In this document: in pieces, positions 8,456 to 17,628 of the stretch
Position numbering within the stretch: position 1 is the stretch's first letter
Layout of the letters: every line of letters starts with the position of its first letter
Source of the DNA: Thermoanaerobaculia bacterium
Lineage (GTDB): Bacteria > Acidobacteriota > Thermoanaerobaculia > UBA5066 > Gp7-AA6
Direction: 5' to 3'
Length of the DNA: 49,587 nucleotides
Assembly: GCA_050745445.1 (NCBI GenBank)
Contig: JBOGJN010000339.1
Location: 1-49,587, forward strand
The notes under the pieces: generated by a model
What the model was told of the DNA's origin: nothing
What the model saw: the letters and a program-made list of their open reading frames with translations, nothing else
Database searches by the model: none
Translations under genes and position numbers: made by a program

Positions 8456-11389
8456 ATGAAGCGAATTGTCCTTGCCGTCGTGCTCGGGGCGCTTGCCGCT
8501 CCCGCGGCGGGGCAGATCTACCTGTACAACCCCGACTACTCCTTCGGCGAGAACAAGATCGTCTACGACAGGTTCGACTGGAAGACCTATCGATCGACGC
8601 ACTTCACCATCTACTTCTACGAGAAGGAGGCGGTCTCACTCCAGAAGGTTGCCTCCTTCGCCGAGAGCGCCTATGACGACATTTCCCGACAGCTCAATTA
8701 CCAGATCCCCAAGCCGATCAACCTGATCTACTACGCCACGCACTCTGACTTCGAGCAGACCAACACGCTCTTGAACTTCATTCCCGAGGGAGTCGGCGCC
8801 TTCGCGCTGCCCTCGCGCAACCGCATGGTCCTGCCCGTGGACCTGCCGGACGAAAAGCTGCAGCAACTGATCGCTCACGAGCTCACGCACGTTTTCCAGT
8901 TCGAGATTCTGTTCGGCGGCAACTACCTGCGGGCCGCGACGACCAACGCGCCGCAGTGGTTTCTGGAAGGAATGGCCTCCTACTTCGGCAACGACGAGGA
9001 CAACAAGGACCGGATGGTGCTGCGCGACGCGGTCCTGGCGGACCAGGTCCCCGAGATCGCGCAGAAAGGGATTTCGGGGTTCTTCGCCTACCGCTTTGGC
9101 CACGCGGTCTTTGACTTCGTGGCGGCCGAGTGGGGCAAGGAGGGAGTGCGCGACTTTCTCTTCGAGTTCCGTAACCAGATCGGCGCGAATCTCGAAAAAC
9201 CGATCCGGCGCACCTTCAACATCTCGCCGGAAGACTTCGACATCAAGTTCCGCCGCTACCTGCGGCGGCGGTACCTAAACATCCTGACCGAGAAGGGCGA
9301 GCCGATCGATTTTGGCGAACGGTTCAAGATCGAGGACACACCCTCGGCGGAACTCTCCCCCCGCGCCTACCCTTCGGGGGACTTCATCGCCGCCATCTCG
9401 ACCTACAAGGAAGACGCGGATGTCGTGGTCCTTTCGACTCGTGACCGCAAGCTTTTTCGCAATCTGACCAAGGGGCGCAAGACCGCCTATGAGTACATCG
9501 TCGCCCAGTGGGTCACGACGGGGCCCCAGAGCGGAGTGGACGTGGCCGTCTCCTCCGACGGCAACTCGGTCGCTGTCTTTGCGCGCCGCGAGCGCGGGCG
9601 CGACCTGCTGCTCTTAAACGCCCTGGACGGAGACATCCGCGAGCGGATCGAGATGCCGGAACTCGATCAGCAGCTCAGTCCTGCCTTCTCGCCCGACGGG
9701 AGCATGATCCTCTTCCACGCCCTGAAGGGGGGGCGGGCCGACATCTTTGCCTACCACGTCGCCACCAAGACGATCACGAACCTGACCGACGACGACGCCT
9801 TCGACTTCGGCCCGACCTTCTCCCCGGACGGGCGATGGATCTACTACTCCTCGGTGCGGGGAACGCACGCCAAGATCTTCCGCTTCCATCCGGACTCTCC
9901 CGAGTCCCGCGAGCAGGTCACCTACGGCGACTGGAACGACGAGGATCCGGCCCTCTCCCCCGACGGCAAGAGGCTCTTCTTCACGTCCGACCGGGACGGG
10001 GGCATCTACAACATCTATTCGGTCGACGTCGAGACGGGCGAAACGCTGCTCCACACAAACGTGGTCGCCGGGGCTTTCACGCCCACGGTCTTTGTGGGAA
10101 AGGACAACGCCGAAAGGCTCGTGTTCGCCGCCTACTATAAACGGCGTTTTACCCTCTACATCGCCGACCCGAAGAAACCCGTGCGGAAGCTTCCCGAATT
10201 GAATCCCTCGGTCTCGCCGGCCGCGCCTGGAGGGATCGCCCCGTTCCAGCCCGCGATCGAGGTCGCGTTCGATCCCGAAAAGGTGCAACCCAAGGCGGGA
10301 CACAAGCTCTTCCTGGAGGATGCGCAGGTCATCGCGGGCGTCAACACGGACCAGACCTTTTACTCCGACACGATCCTCATCTTCGGAGACAATCTGGGCG
10401 ACCGCCGCTTCATCGCCGTCATCGAATCCCTGTCGAACTTCACGGTGTTTGATTTCTCCTACTGGAACCTGGCGCGTCGCCTCCAGACCGGGATCCGGGC
10501 TTTCGACGCCCGCACGTACTACCTCGGCGTCGCGCAGCAGGGAGGTCAGCCGGTCTTGCAGCGGACCCAGCAGGCCGCTCGCTACACGGGCGGCTCCTTG
10601 CTCGGGCTCTATCCCCTCTCGCGCTACTTCCGCCTCGAGGGAGACCTGTCGTTTATCTCCCGCAATGTCGACTATAACTACCTCGTCAGTGGCACGGGTG
10701 GCCAGACCCTGATCGGCTTCCAGAACGTCACGAACGAATACCCGCAGATCGGCCTCCGGTTGACCGGCGACACGGTCGAGTACCAGGAGTGGGGGCCGCG
10801 GGCCGGCTACCGGTTCCTCCTCGGCTACTCCTATGCGCCCGACTTCAAGAAGGACACGTCGCTGCCCCCGGGCACGCCGATCGGCTCGACCCTGACGGAG
10901 AACGTCAACTTCGACCTTCGGGACTACCTCCCGATCAGCAAGCGCATGCTGCTCGCCCTGCGTTTCGTCGGCTACCAGTCCACGGGCAACGTCCCCGACA
11001 TCTGCGCCCTCGGGGGCCTGGACACCTTCCGCGGGGTCAACTACGCCGAGATCTTCGGCAACAGCTGCGCCTATGCCAACTTCGAGTTCCGTTTCCCGCT
11101 GATCGACCTGATCGCTCTGCCCTGGATCGGGTTCCGGAACATCCGCGGGCACGTCTTTTTCGACATCGCCGGGTCGAAGCTGAAGGGAGGCAGCTTCCAG
11201 CTCTGGAACTCGGAGACCAGCCAGTTTCAGGACGCCCTGGCATCCTACGGCGGAGGCATCGACGTGTTCCTGCTCGGCCTGCCGGTGCACTTCGACTTCG
11301 CCAAGCTTCTGAATACGGATCTCTCGGAGCAGCTGCGGCTGGACACGTCGAGCTACCGGTTCTCCTGGTACATAGGCTTCACGTTCTGA
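8456..11389 (+). CDS. Outer-membrane multidomain protein: HExxH peptidase-MA-like domain, PD40 (TolB-like) beta-propeller repeats and a C-terminal Omp85-type barrel
   Basis: The signal peptide is MKRIVLAVVLGALAAPAAGQ and the metal motif is IAHELTHVF. PD40-like repeats are AFSPDGSMILF, TFSPDGRWIYYSS and ALSPDGKRLFFTSDRDG. The C-terminal part has LGGLDTFRGVNY...ANFEFRFPL, which resembles the Omp85 loop-6 RG(F/Y) motif, and a terminal aromatic signature SWYIGFTF. Confidence 0.85.
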   Translation: MKRIVLAVVLGALAAPAAGQIYLYNPDYSFGENKIVYDRFDWKTYRSTHFTIYFYEKEAVSLQKVASFAESAYDDISRQLNYQIPKPINLIYYATHSDFEQTNTLLNFIPEGVGAFALPSRNRMVLPVDLPDEKLQQLIAHELTHVFQFEILFGGNYLRAATTNAPQWFLEGMASYFGNDEDNKDRMVLRDAVLADQVPEIAQKGISGFFAYRFGHAVFDFVAAEWGKEGVRDFLFEFRNQIGANLEKPIRRTFNISPEDFDIKFRRYLRRRYLNILTEKGEPIDFGERFKIEDTPSAELSPRAYPSGDFIAAISTYKEDADVVVLSTRDRKLFRNLTKGRKTAYEYIVAQWVTTGPQSGVDVAVSSDGNSVAVFARRERGRDLLLLNALDGDIRERIEMPELDQQLSPAFSPDGSMILFHALKGGRADIFAYHVATKTITNLTDDDAFDFGPTFSPDGRWIYYSSVRGTHAKIFRFHPDSPESREQVTYGDWNDEDPALSPDGKRLFFTSDRDGGIYNIYSVDVETGETLLHTNVVAGAFTPTVFVGKDNAERLVFAAYYKRRFTLYIADPKKPVRKLPELNPSVSPAAPGGIAPFQPAIEVAFDPEKVQPKAGHKLFLEDAQVIAGVNTDQTFYSDTILIFGDNLGDRRFIAVIESLSNFTVFDFSYWNLARRLQTGIRAFDARTYYLGVAQQGGQPVLQRTQQAARYTGGSLLGLYPLSRYFRLEGDLSFISRNVDYNYLVSGTGGQTLIGFQNVTNEYPQIGLRLTGDTVEYQEWGPRAGYRFLLGYSYAPDFKKDTSLPPGTPIGSTLTENVNFDLRDYLPISKRMLLALRFVGYQSTGNVPDICALGGLDTFRGVNYAEIFGNSCAYANFEFRFPLIDLIALPWIGFRNIRGHVFFDIAGSKLKGGSFQLWNSETSQFQDALASYGGGIDVFLLGLPVHFDFAKLLNTDLSEQLRLDTSSYRFSWYIGFTF

Positions 11390-11456
11390 GAGAGAGGGCC
11401 CGAGACGCGCCGCTTCAACGCAAAGGGCGCGACATCGAGCGCGGGGGGAGGCGGGC

Positions 11457-11462
11457 TAGAAT
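11457..11462 (+). promoter_or_regulatory. -10-like box TAGAAT(C), 9 nt upstream of GTG 11472 (possible near-leaderless start)
   Basis: The sequence reads GGCTAGAATC-TGCCCCGA-GTG. There is no SD within 5-10 nt of the start. Confidence 0.3.
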
Positions 11463-11471
11463 CTGCCCCGA

Positions 11472-12245
11472 GTGTTTCGCAAACTTCTGGCCATCCGCGT
11501 GCTGGGCCCCTACGGCGGGTCCGCGCCCGGCTACCGCTTGACCACCTTCCTGGTGGACGGTGAGACGGCCCTCGACGCGGGCTCCCTAACGGACGCCGTG
11601 CCGCTGGCGGCCCAGCGGCGCATCCGACGCGTCGTCTTGACACACGCTCACTTCGACCACATTGCCTCGCTGCCGCTGCTCGTGGAAAACCTCTATGGCC
11701 AGTCACGGCCCCTGGAGATCGTCGCGCCCCGGCCGGTGCTTTCGGCCCTCCACCGCCACATCCTGAACAATCGGATCTGGCCAGATTTCACGAGGCTGCC
11801 CTCCCGCACCAGGCCCACGGTCCGCCTGCGAGCGATCAGGGAGGGAAGGCCGTTTCGCGCGGGCTCCGCGGTCTTCACGCCGTTTGCGGTCAGCCACGTC
11901 GTCCCCGCCTACGGCTACATCGTCTCTAAACCCGGCCGTTCCGTCCTCTTCTCGGGGGACACCGAGCCGACCGATCGCCTCTGGGAGATGGCGCGCCGGG
12001 CACGCGACTTGAAGGCGATCTTTTTGGAGCTCTCCTTCTCCGACACGCAGCTCGCCGTGGCGCGCGCCTCCCGACACTTAACGCCCATGCTTCTGCGCAG
12101 GGAGCTGCAAAAGGCGCCGTCCCGCGTGCCGATCTATCTCTACCATATGAAGCCTCCGTCGCTTTCGCGCATCGCGCGCGAAGTCCAGGCGCTCTGCGAG
12201 CCGCGGCTGCGGCTGCTAGAATCGGAACGCTCGTTCCGGTTCTAG
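11472..12245 (+). CDS. MBL-fold metallohydrolase, class-II cyclic-nucleotide phosphodiesterase-like
   Basis: 257 aa. The motif VVLTHAHFDHIASLPLL (HxHxDH) is followed by SGDT and a C-terminal His. The overall layout resembles the PDEase_II / MBL fold. Confidence 0.8.
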   Translation: MFRKLLAIRVLGPYGGSAPGYRLTTFLVDGETALDAGSLTDAVPLAAQRRIRRVVLTHAHFDHIASLPLLVENLYGQSRPLEIVAPRPVLSALHRHILNNRIWPDFTRLPSRTRPTVRLRAIREGRPFRAGSAVFTPFAVSHVVPAYGYIVSKPGRSVLFSGDTEPTDRLWEMARRARDLKAIFLELSFSDTQLAVARASRHLTPMLLRRELQKAPSRVPIYLYHMKPPSLSRIAREVQALCEPRLRLLESERSFRF

Positions 12246-12281
12246 CAAGGGCGTCGCCGCTGACTGTTGCTAGATCGCGGC

Positions 12282-13772
12282 ATGTTCAACCGAAGAGATT
12301 TTCTGAAGGCAGCAGGCCTTCTCGCTTTCTCTCCCGCGGGCCGCGTACGCCCGGGGCCACAAGCCCCAGGCCTTCTCGTCAACGATGTCCACTCGCAGTT
12401 GAACCCCACTCGTGTCGATCGAATCGTTTCCGCTGACTCCCTCGAAACGATCCGGATGACGCTCCGACGCGCCCAGCGTGACGGGAAGGCGATCTCCATC
12501 GCCGGGGGGCGTCACGCCATGGGAGGACAGCAATTCGGTTTGGATGCGGTGCTCCTCGACATGCGTCCCTTAAACCGCGTTCTCCATCTGGATGCCGAAA
12601 AAGGCCTCGTCGAAGTGGAGGCGGGGATTCAGTGGCCGCAACTCGTCGACTGGCTGCTCACGGCGCAGGTTGGACGAACCCGACAGTGGGGCATCGCGCA
12701 GAAACAAACGGGCGCCGACCGGCTGAGCTTGGGCGGAGGCCTCGCCGCAAATGTTCACGGCCGGGGACTCACGATGAAGCCGATGATCAGCGATGTCGAG
12801 GCTTTCGATCTGATCGACGCCTCCGGAGAAGCCAGGCGGTGCAGCCGCTCAGAGAATCCCGAGCTTTTCCGATTATGCGTCGGCGGTTACGGGCTGTTCG
12901 GGGCCGTGACATCCGTCCGGTTGCGTCTGACGCCCCGGCAGAAGGTCGAACGCATCGTCGAGATCCTCACGGTCAATGACCTGATGTCGGCCTTCCAAAG
13001 ACGCATTGCCGACGGTTTCCTCTACGGCGATTTCCAGTTTGCCATTAACGAAAAGTCAGAAGACTTCCTGCGAAAAGGAGTCTTCTCCTGCTACCGTCCG
13101 GTCGACCCCGCGACCCCGGTGCCTGCGAATCAGAGGGAACTTTCCGAGCAGGATTGGGAAAGGCTCCTCTATCTCGCGCATACAAACAGGGAAGAGGCTT
13201 TTCAGGCGTACGCGCGGCACTATCTTGCCACGTCCGGCCAGATCTACTGGTCCGACACCCATCAGATGAGCACCTATCTCGACGACTACCACAAGGCTCT
13301 GGATCGGAGGCTGGGCACCACTGACAGAGCGACCGAGATGATCACCGAGATCTACGTCCCCCGCGAAGCGCTCGCCGGACTCTTGAACGCCGTACGCGAC
13401 GATTTCCGTCAGAACGGCGTGGAGCTCATCTATGGAACCGTCCGGCTGATCGAGCCGGACAAGGAGAGCTTCCTGGCGTGGGCCAGACAGCCTTACGCCT
13501 GCGTCATCTTCAACCTGCACGTTGTCCACACGGTCGGAGGACTCGCTCGTGCAGCGGCCGCCTTCCGCCGCCTCATCGACCTCGGCATCGAGCGCGGTGG
13601 AAGCTACTATCTGACCTACCATCGGTACGCGACGCGCGAGCAAGTGCTGGCGTGCTACCCGCAGTTCCCGGAATTCCTTCGCCTAAAAAGGAAGTATGAC
13701 CCGCGGGAGCGGTTCCAGAGTGACTGGTACCGTCACTACAAGACAATGTTCGCCGATGAGCTCACGGACTAG
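12282..13772 (+). CDS. Tat-exported FAD-binding (PCMH-type) oxidoreductase
   Basis: The twin-arginine signal is MFNRRDFLKAAGLLAFS. The FAD_binding_4-like part is ISIAGGRHAMGGQQF, and the C-terminal part resembles lactone-oxidase/DprE1-type enzymes (YYLTYHRYATREQV...KRKYDPRERFQSDWY). The track start at 12267 is TTG. Confidence 0.8.
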   Translation: MFNRRDFLKAAGLLAFSPAGRVRPGPQAPGLLVNDVHSQLNPTRVDRIVSADSLETIRMTLRRAQRDGKAISIAGGRHAMGGQQFGLDAVLLDMRPLNRVLHLDAEKGLVEVEAGIQWPQLVDWLLTAQVGRTRQWGIAQKQTGADRLSLGGGLAANVHGRGLTMKPMISDVEAFDLIDASGEARRCSRSENPELFRLCVGGYGLFGAVTSVRLRLTPRQKVERIVEILTVNDLMSAFQRRIADGFLYGDFQFAINEKSEDFLRKGVFSCYRPVDPATPVPANQRELSEQDWERLLYLAHTNREEAFQAYARHYLATSGQIYWSDTHQMSTYLDDYHKALDRRLGTTDRATEMITEIYVPREALAGLLNAVRDDFRQNGVELIYGTVRLIEPDKESFLAWARQPYACVIFNLHVVHTVGGLARAAAAFRRLIDLGIERGGSYYLTYHRYATREQVLACYPQFPEFLRLKRKYDPRERFQSDWYRHYKTMFADELTD

Positions 13773-13793
13773 GGGTTCCCGGCGGACCGATTC

Positions 13794-14258
13794 TTGAAGC
13801 GCCCACCGCTACGACTGGCCGTTTCGCTCTGGATTCTCCTGTTGCTCTTCGTCCTGCGTGTTGTCGGTCATTTCCTGGTGTTCCTAGGGTGGGGTTTCTT
13901 CCTTCCGCCGCTGCGGGAGTGGTCCTCGGGGCTTCTCCCGTATTCCGTTCTGCTCCCGGCTCAGATCCTCATCATCCTCCTCTGCAGTAAGATCTGCATC
14001 GACTTCACGCGCGGGCGAGGATTCTTCGTGATCCGTAGGCGCCGCCTGGGATCGGGGCTAGTCCTTTTCGGTTCTGTTTATCTTGCGGCGATGCTTGTGC
14101 GCTACATCCTCCGAATGAGCCTCTATCCAGCCGAGAGATGGACCGGCGGATCGATCCCAATCTTCTTGCACTGGGTGCTCGCCACTTTCCTTCTTCTGGT
14201 CGGCGGCTACCACCGAAGGCGAACCCGCGACGAAAGCCTTCCCCAGCCTGGCCCGTGA
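13794..14258 (+). CDS. Hypothetical integral membrane protein (about 4 TM segments)
   Basis: 154 aa with a TTG start. It has strongly hydrophobic segments (LAVSLWILLLLFVLRVVGHFLVFLGWGFFL, VLLPAQILIILLCSKICI, LVLFGSVYLAAMLV, IPIFLHWVLATFLLLVGG). I recognise no family. Confidence 0.55.
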   Translation: MKRPPLRLAVSLWILLLLFVLRVVGHFLVFLGWGFFLPPLREWSSGLLPYSVLLPAQILIILLCSKICIDFTRGRGFFVIRRRRLGSGLVLFGSVYLAAMLVRYILRMSLYPAERWTGGSIPIFLHWVLATFLLLVGGYHRRRTRDESLPQPGP

Positions 14259-14262
14259 CCGC

Positions 14263-14952
14263 ATGGCTGCCGATACGACAGGAGTTTTTCGCATCACCGA
14301 GCCTGTAACGATGGCGACCGACTACGCCCTTGCCGCTGCGAGCCTGGCGGCCGCGGCGCTCCTCTGGCGCGCGGGCCGGGGGCGCGGCCGGATTTCGATC
14401 CGGCTCTGGGCCATGGCGTTTCTTTCGACGGCTTTCGCGACCCTCCTCGGCGGCACCTACCACGGCTTCCACGACGCCCTCGATGACACGGGACGAGCCA
14501 TCCTCTGGAAGTTAACGGTGTATTGCGTCGGGCTCGCCGACCTCTCGCTGCTGGCAGGAGCCGCCGTGGCGTCCGGGACGCGCCCGGTCGCCAAGTGGAT
14601 CTTGTCTGCGGCCGTCGTCAAATTTGCCGTCTACGCCGTCTGGATGAGGTCACACGACGATTTCCGGTATGTGATCTCGGACTACGGTTGCTCGATGGCC
14701 GGAGTGCTTTTGCTCGAGCTCTATGCCTACTGGAAAGGGCGAGGCGAGCACGCGGGATGGGTCGTCGCAGGCGTGCTGGTTTCTTTCGCCGCCGCAGCAG
14801 TCCAGAAACTGCAGATTACGATCTCTGAACACTTCAACCATAACGATCTGTACCACGTCATCCAGCTGGGAGCGCTGTACCTCCTGTACAGAGGAGGACT
14901 CCTGCTCAAGGACCACTGGACTAGCGGAAAAGCAAGGGTCACAGAACCGTAA
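14263..14952 (+). CDS. Hypothetical integral membrane protein (about 6-7 TM segments)
   Basis: 229 aa with ATG 14263, 4 nt after the previous stop. It has multiple hydrophobic helices and conserved-looking polar residues (GGTYHGFHD, NHNDLYHVIQ). I recognise no family. Confidence 0.6.
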   Translation: MAADTTGVFRITEPVTMATDYALAAASLAAAALLWRAGRGRGRISIRLWAMAFLSTAFATLLGGTYHGFHDALDDTGRAILWKLTVYCVGLADLSLLAGAAVASGTRPVAKWILSAAVVKFAVYAVWMRSHDDFRYVISDYGCSMAGVLLLELYAYWKGRGEHAGWVVAGVLVSFAAAAVQKLQITISEHFNHNDLYHVIQLGALYLLYRGGLLLKDHWTSGKARVTEP

Positions 14953-15045
14953 CCGCCGGCACGATGACTGCTGCGGCGAGCCTACAGATCCAAGCCGAAA
15001 GCGTAGAGTTTGACGGACACGAAAACTTCCTCGGGCTCCCCGCGA

Positions 15046-16293
15046 TCAACTCCTCTTGAGCATCCGCGCCCAGGCAAGCAGATCCAGGGCCAGTGTCCCC
15101 GCCAGGCGTCCCCGCAGGGAGTCGTTGCGCAGCAGATCCTCGCGCGGACCCGAAAGAATCGCACGCCGCACGAGGTACGTTCGGCCGGCACGGCTCTCCG
15201 AGCCATAGAAGGACTCCTCGCTGCCCCGTCTGACCCGCAGCGTGCGCGTGGCCGCATCCCGAGTGATCCGCTCCTCGAGGCTTGCGGGGGCTTGACCGGC
15301 TTTCCCGGGCGGGGACAGACGCATCTGCCAGCTGCCTTCGCCCTCCTCCCCGGCTTCCACTTCGCCGATCCCCTCCATCAGCCGCCCGTAACCTTGCGGC
15401 GACACGATCGCATCGAAGGCCTCCTCCGGCGAGACGTCCGTTTCGAGATAGACGCTCACCTGCGCGTTGGAAATCTCGGGCTCCGGGTCTCCGACGAGCG
15501 CGAACGCTCGCGCGAGCCGTTCCGTGCCCACGCCGAACTGCTCCTGTAAGACCGCGGGCCGTGAGCGCAGGACGGGAATCCGCGTGCGCGAATGCCGATC
15601 GTCGATCCGCAACTCGCCGCCCGAGAAAGACACGACGCGCCCCTGCTGCTGCCGCCGCAGAGACACACCCTTCAGGAACCTGGAGCCAGGCAAGAAGGTC
15701 CTCCGCCAGAATTGCTCGAACTCTTCGTCGGGGACAACCGAATCAAAAATCTCAAGAGCGCGCGGCCCCTCCGGAACGCCCCCGGTCAGCTCCACGCGCC
15801 AGCCCCGGTCCGTCCGCGTAAGCCGGACGGGGAAGAAGCCCGTCTCGACTTCTCCCTCGGCGAGCGCAAGCACCGCCGGCAACGGAAACCCCACGTCGCA
15901 GAGCAACTGCTCCCCGCTCTCCTGGACTAGGAGCGCGGCGTGATCGAAGTCGGCCTCGACTCTCCCGAGCACCTTGCGGCATTGAAACCCGAGCTCCGAC
16001 AGAAGAGCCTCATAGGCCGCGACGCGCGCAAAACAGGTGCCTCCCGCCCCCCACTCGAGATGTTCCGCCCAGAAGACGTCCGGGCGTCGCGGCTTCTCCT
16101 GCGGATCGATCACCTGCGCATTGCGCAGAATCTTGGATGCCGTCTCGAAGGGAACGCGCTCGTTAAAGCGCGTGAAGAGAGCCTGAAGAAATCCGGGCCC
16201 CGGTTTTTCCTGAGCAAGACCGAGCGCCTCGAGGACTTCCTCGATGCCAAGGCCACGGAAATCCGGTGATCGGGTCATCAAGCCACAAAACAA
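15046..16293 (-). CDS. Arylamine N-acetyltransferase-fold (Cys-His-Asp) domain fused to a C-terminal domain of uncertain type (possibly SRPBCC-like)
   Basis: 415 aa. The N-terminal part has FTRFNERVPFE...GAGGTCFARVAAYEALLSELGF...DHAALLV, which is the NAT-like catalytic Cys and His context. The SRPBCC call for the C-terminal roughly 150 aa is tentative. Confidence 0.6.
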   Translation of the reverse strand: MFCGLMTRSPDFRGLGIEEVLEALGLAQEKPGPGFLQALFTRFNERVPFETASKILRNAQVIDPQEKPRRPDVFWAEHLEWGAGGTCFARVAAYEALLSELGFQCRKVLGRVEADFDHAALLVQESGEQLLCDVGFPLPAVLALAEGEVETGFFPVRLTRTDRGWRVELTGGVPEGPRALEIFDSVVPDEEFEQFWRRTFLPGSRFLKGVSLRRQQQGRVVSFSGGELRIDDRHSRTRIPVLRSRPAVLQEQFGVGTERLARAFALVGDPEPEISNAQVSVYLETDVSPEEAFDAIVSPQGYGRLMEGIGEVEAGEEGEGSWQMRLSPPGKAGQAPASLEERITRDAATRTLRVRRGSEESFYGSESRAGRTYLVRRAILSGPREDLLRNDSLRGRLAGTLALDLLAWARMLKRS

Positions 16294-16297
16294 TCCC

Positions 16298-17050
16298 TCA
16301 AGCCTTCTTGCTCAACCGCTCGACGAGCGCCCGGATCCGCGGCTGGGCGTCTGGGCCGAACCAGAAATCCAGAAACGGATCCCTCTTGCGGGCCCGGTCG
16401 AACCGCGCGAGCGCCAGGCTGCGCGCGCTCGTCTTGATCGCCGCGTGGGCGGCTGCTGATGGCAGGGCAAGCTGCCCGGCTCTCTCGACTGCCCGCAGGA
16501 GAAGCTCTTCCGCGGGCACCACGCGGTCCAGGAGGCCAACCTCCAGGGCATCGGCGGCGGAGAGGCTTTCTCCCGTGGACGCCACACGCTCGGCGGCACG
16601 GGCCCCGATCCCGTGGCGAAAGACCTCGAAGCAGCAAAAGGGCACCGGCAGACCGAGTTTCACTTCCGAGAGGCCAAACTCTCCCTCGCCTTGCGCGGCA
16701 TAGCGCTCCTCAGCGGCCGCGGCGACGATCAGGCCCCCGGCGATCGCGTGCCCCGGCAGGGCCGCGACGACGGGAGCGGCAAACACGAAGATCTCCCGCA
16801 CGAGATCGCAGAAGCCCTCATAAAACTCACCCATCCCCTTGCGGTTGCACAGGGCAAGCGTCGGCAAATCCCAACCCGCCGAGAAGAAACCCGGCAGCGC
16901 GCTGGTGAGCACGACCGCGCCGGCTCCGGCGACTTGCCGGAATGCCTGCCGCAACTCGAGGACCAGCTCCGGATTGAAGGCGTTCGCCCTGGGGCGATCG
17001 AGCGTGACGAGGACAATGGCACCGCGCTGCTCCAGGCGAACAAGACTCAA
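16298..17050 (-). CDS. Enoyl-CoA hydratase/isomerase (crotonase) family protein
   Basis: It contains VRLEQRGAIVLVTLDRPRANAFN...FFSAGWDL...GHAIAGG. I prefer TTG 17050, which overlaps the pdxT stop as TTGA. The track extension to 17179 overlaps pdxT. Confidence 0.8.
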   Translation of the reverse strand: MSLVRLEQRGAIVLVTLDRPRANAFNPELVLELRQAFRQVAGAGAVVLTSALPGFFSAGWDLPTLALCNRKGMGEFYEGFCDLVREIFVFAAPVVAALPGHAIAGGLIVAAAAEERYAAQGEGEFGLSEVKLGLPVPFCCFEVFRHGIGARAAERVASTGESLSAADALEVGLLDRVVPAEELLLRAVERAGQLALPSAAAHAAIKTSARSLALARFDRARKRDPFLDFWFGPDAQPRIRALVERLSKKA

Positions 17051-17622
17051 GCGGTTTTCCTTGCCCCGAGCAGACCCGCGAAGACCAGCCGGTGAACCCG
17101 CTCGTCCCGCGTCAGCTCGGGGTGAAAGGTCGCCGCCACGATCGCCCCCTGCCGCACCAGGACCGGTTCTCCCTTCCACCGCGCCAGGACAGTGACCCCC
17201 GAACCCACCCGGCGAATCCTCGGCGCGCGGATGAAGACCGCAGGCAACGCTCCTCCAAGGGCCGGGGCCTCGAGGTCGGCCACGAAGGAGTCCACCTGGC
17301 GTCCGTAAGCGTTTCGTTCCACCGCGATATCGATCAGGCCGAGACTCTTCTGAGCCGGGTTGGAGACCTCGCGCGCGAGCATGATCGCTCCGGCGCAGGT
17401 CGCGAGCACCGGCCGACCGGCAGCAACAAATCTCCCGATCGCATCCTCCCAGGGCGCCGACTCGAAGAACTTCCAGATCGTCGTTGATTCCCCTCCGGGA
17501 AGCACCAGACCGGCCGCCTCACCGAGCTGCTCCGGCCGCCGCGCCTCCCGAGACGGCAGACCGAGCTCTTGCAAGCGTTTCCCGTGAGCGGCGAAGTCCC
17601 CTTGCAGCGCCAGAACGGCCAC
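17047..17622 (-). CDS. pdxT: Pyridoxal 5'-phosphate synthase glutaminase subunit PdxT
   Basis: VAVLALQGDFAAHGKRLQELG...LATCAGAIMLA...TFHPELT gives the class-I amidotransferase Cys and His. I prefer GTG 17622. The track N-terminus (up to 17703) translates the heptad hairpin. Confidence 0.88.
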   Translation of the reverse strand: MAVLALQGDFAAHGKRLQELGLPSREARRPEQLGEAAGLVLPGGESTTIWKFFESAPWEDAIGRFVAAGRPVLATCAGAIMLAREVSNPAQKSLGLIDIAVERNAYGRQVDSFVADLEAPALGGALPAVFIRAPRIRRVGSGVTVLARWKGEPVLVRQGAIVAATFHPELTRDERVHRLVFAGLLGARKTA

Positions 17623-17628
17623 CTGAGA

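Noticed and set aside
12217-12222. The fifth TAGAATC copy as a promoter for the FAD oxidase gene.
   Set aside because: It lies inside the MBL coding sequence, 59 nt from the next ATG, and has no supporting -35. I kept it only as a note within the TAGAATC finding.
11390-12245. The MBL-fold phosphodiesterase-like gene as a fourth member of the envelope module.
   Set aside because: It has no signal peptide, is separated by an 82-nt spacer that contains its own -10-like box, and has no obvious functional link.
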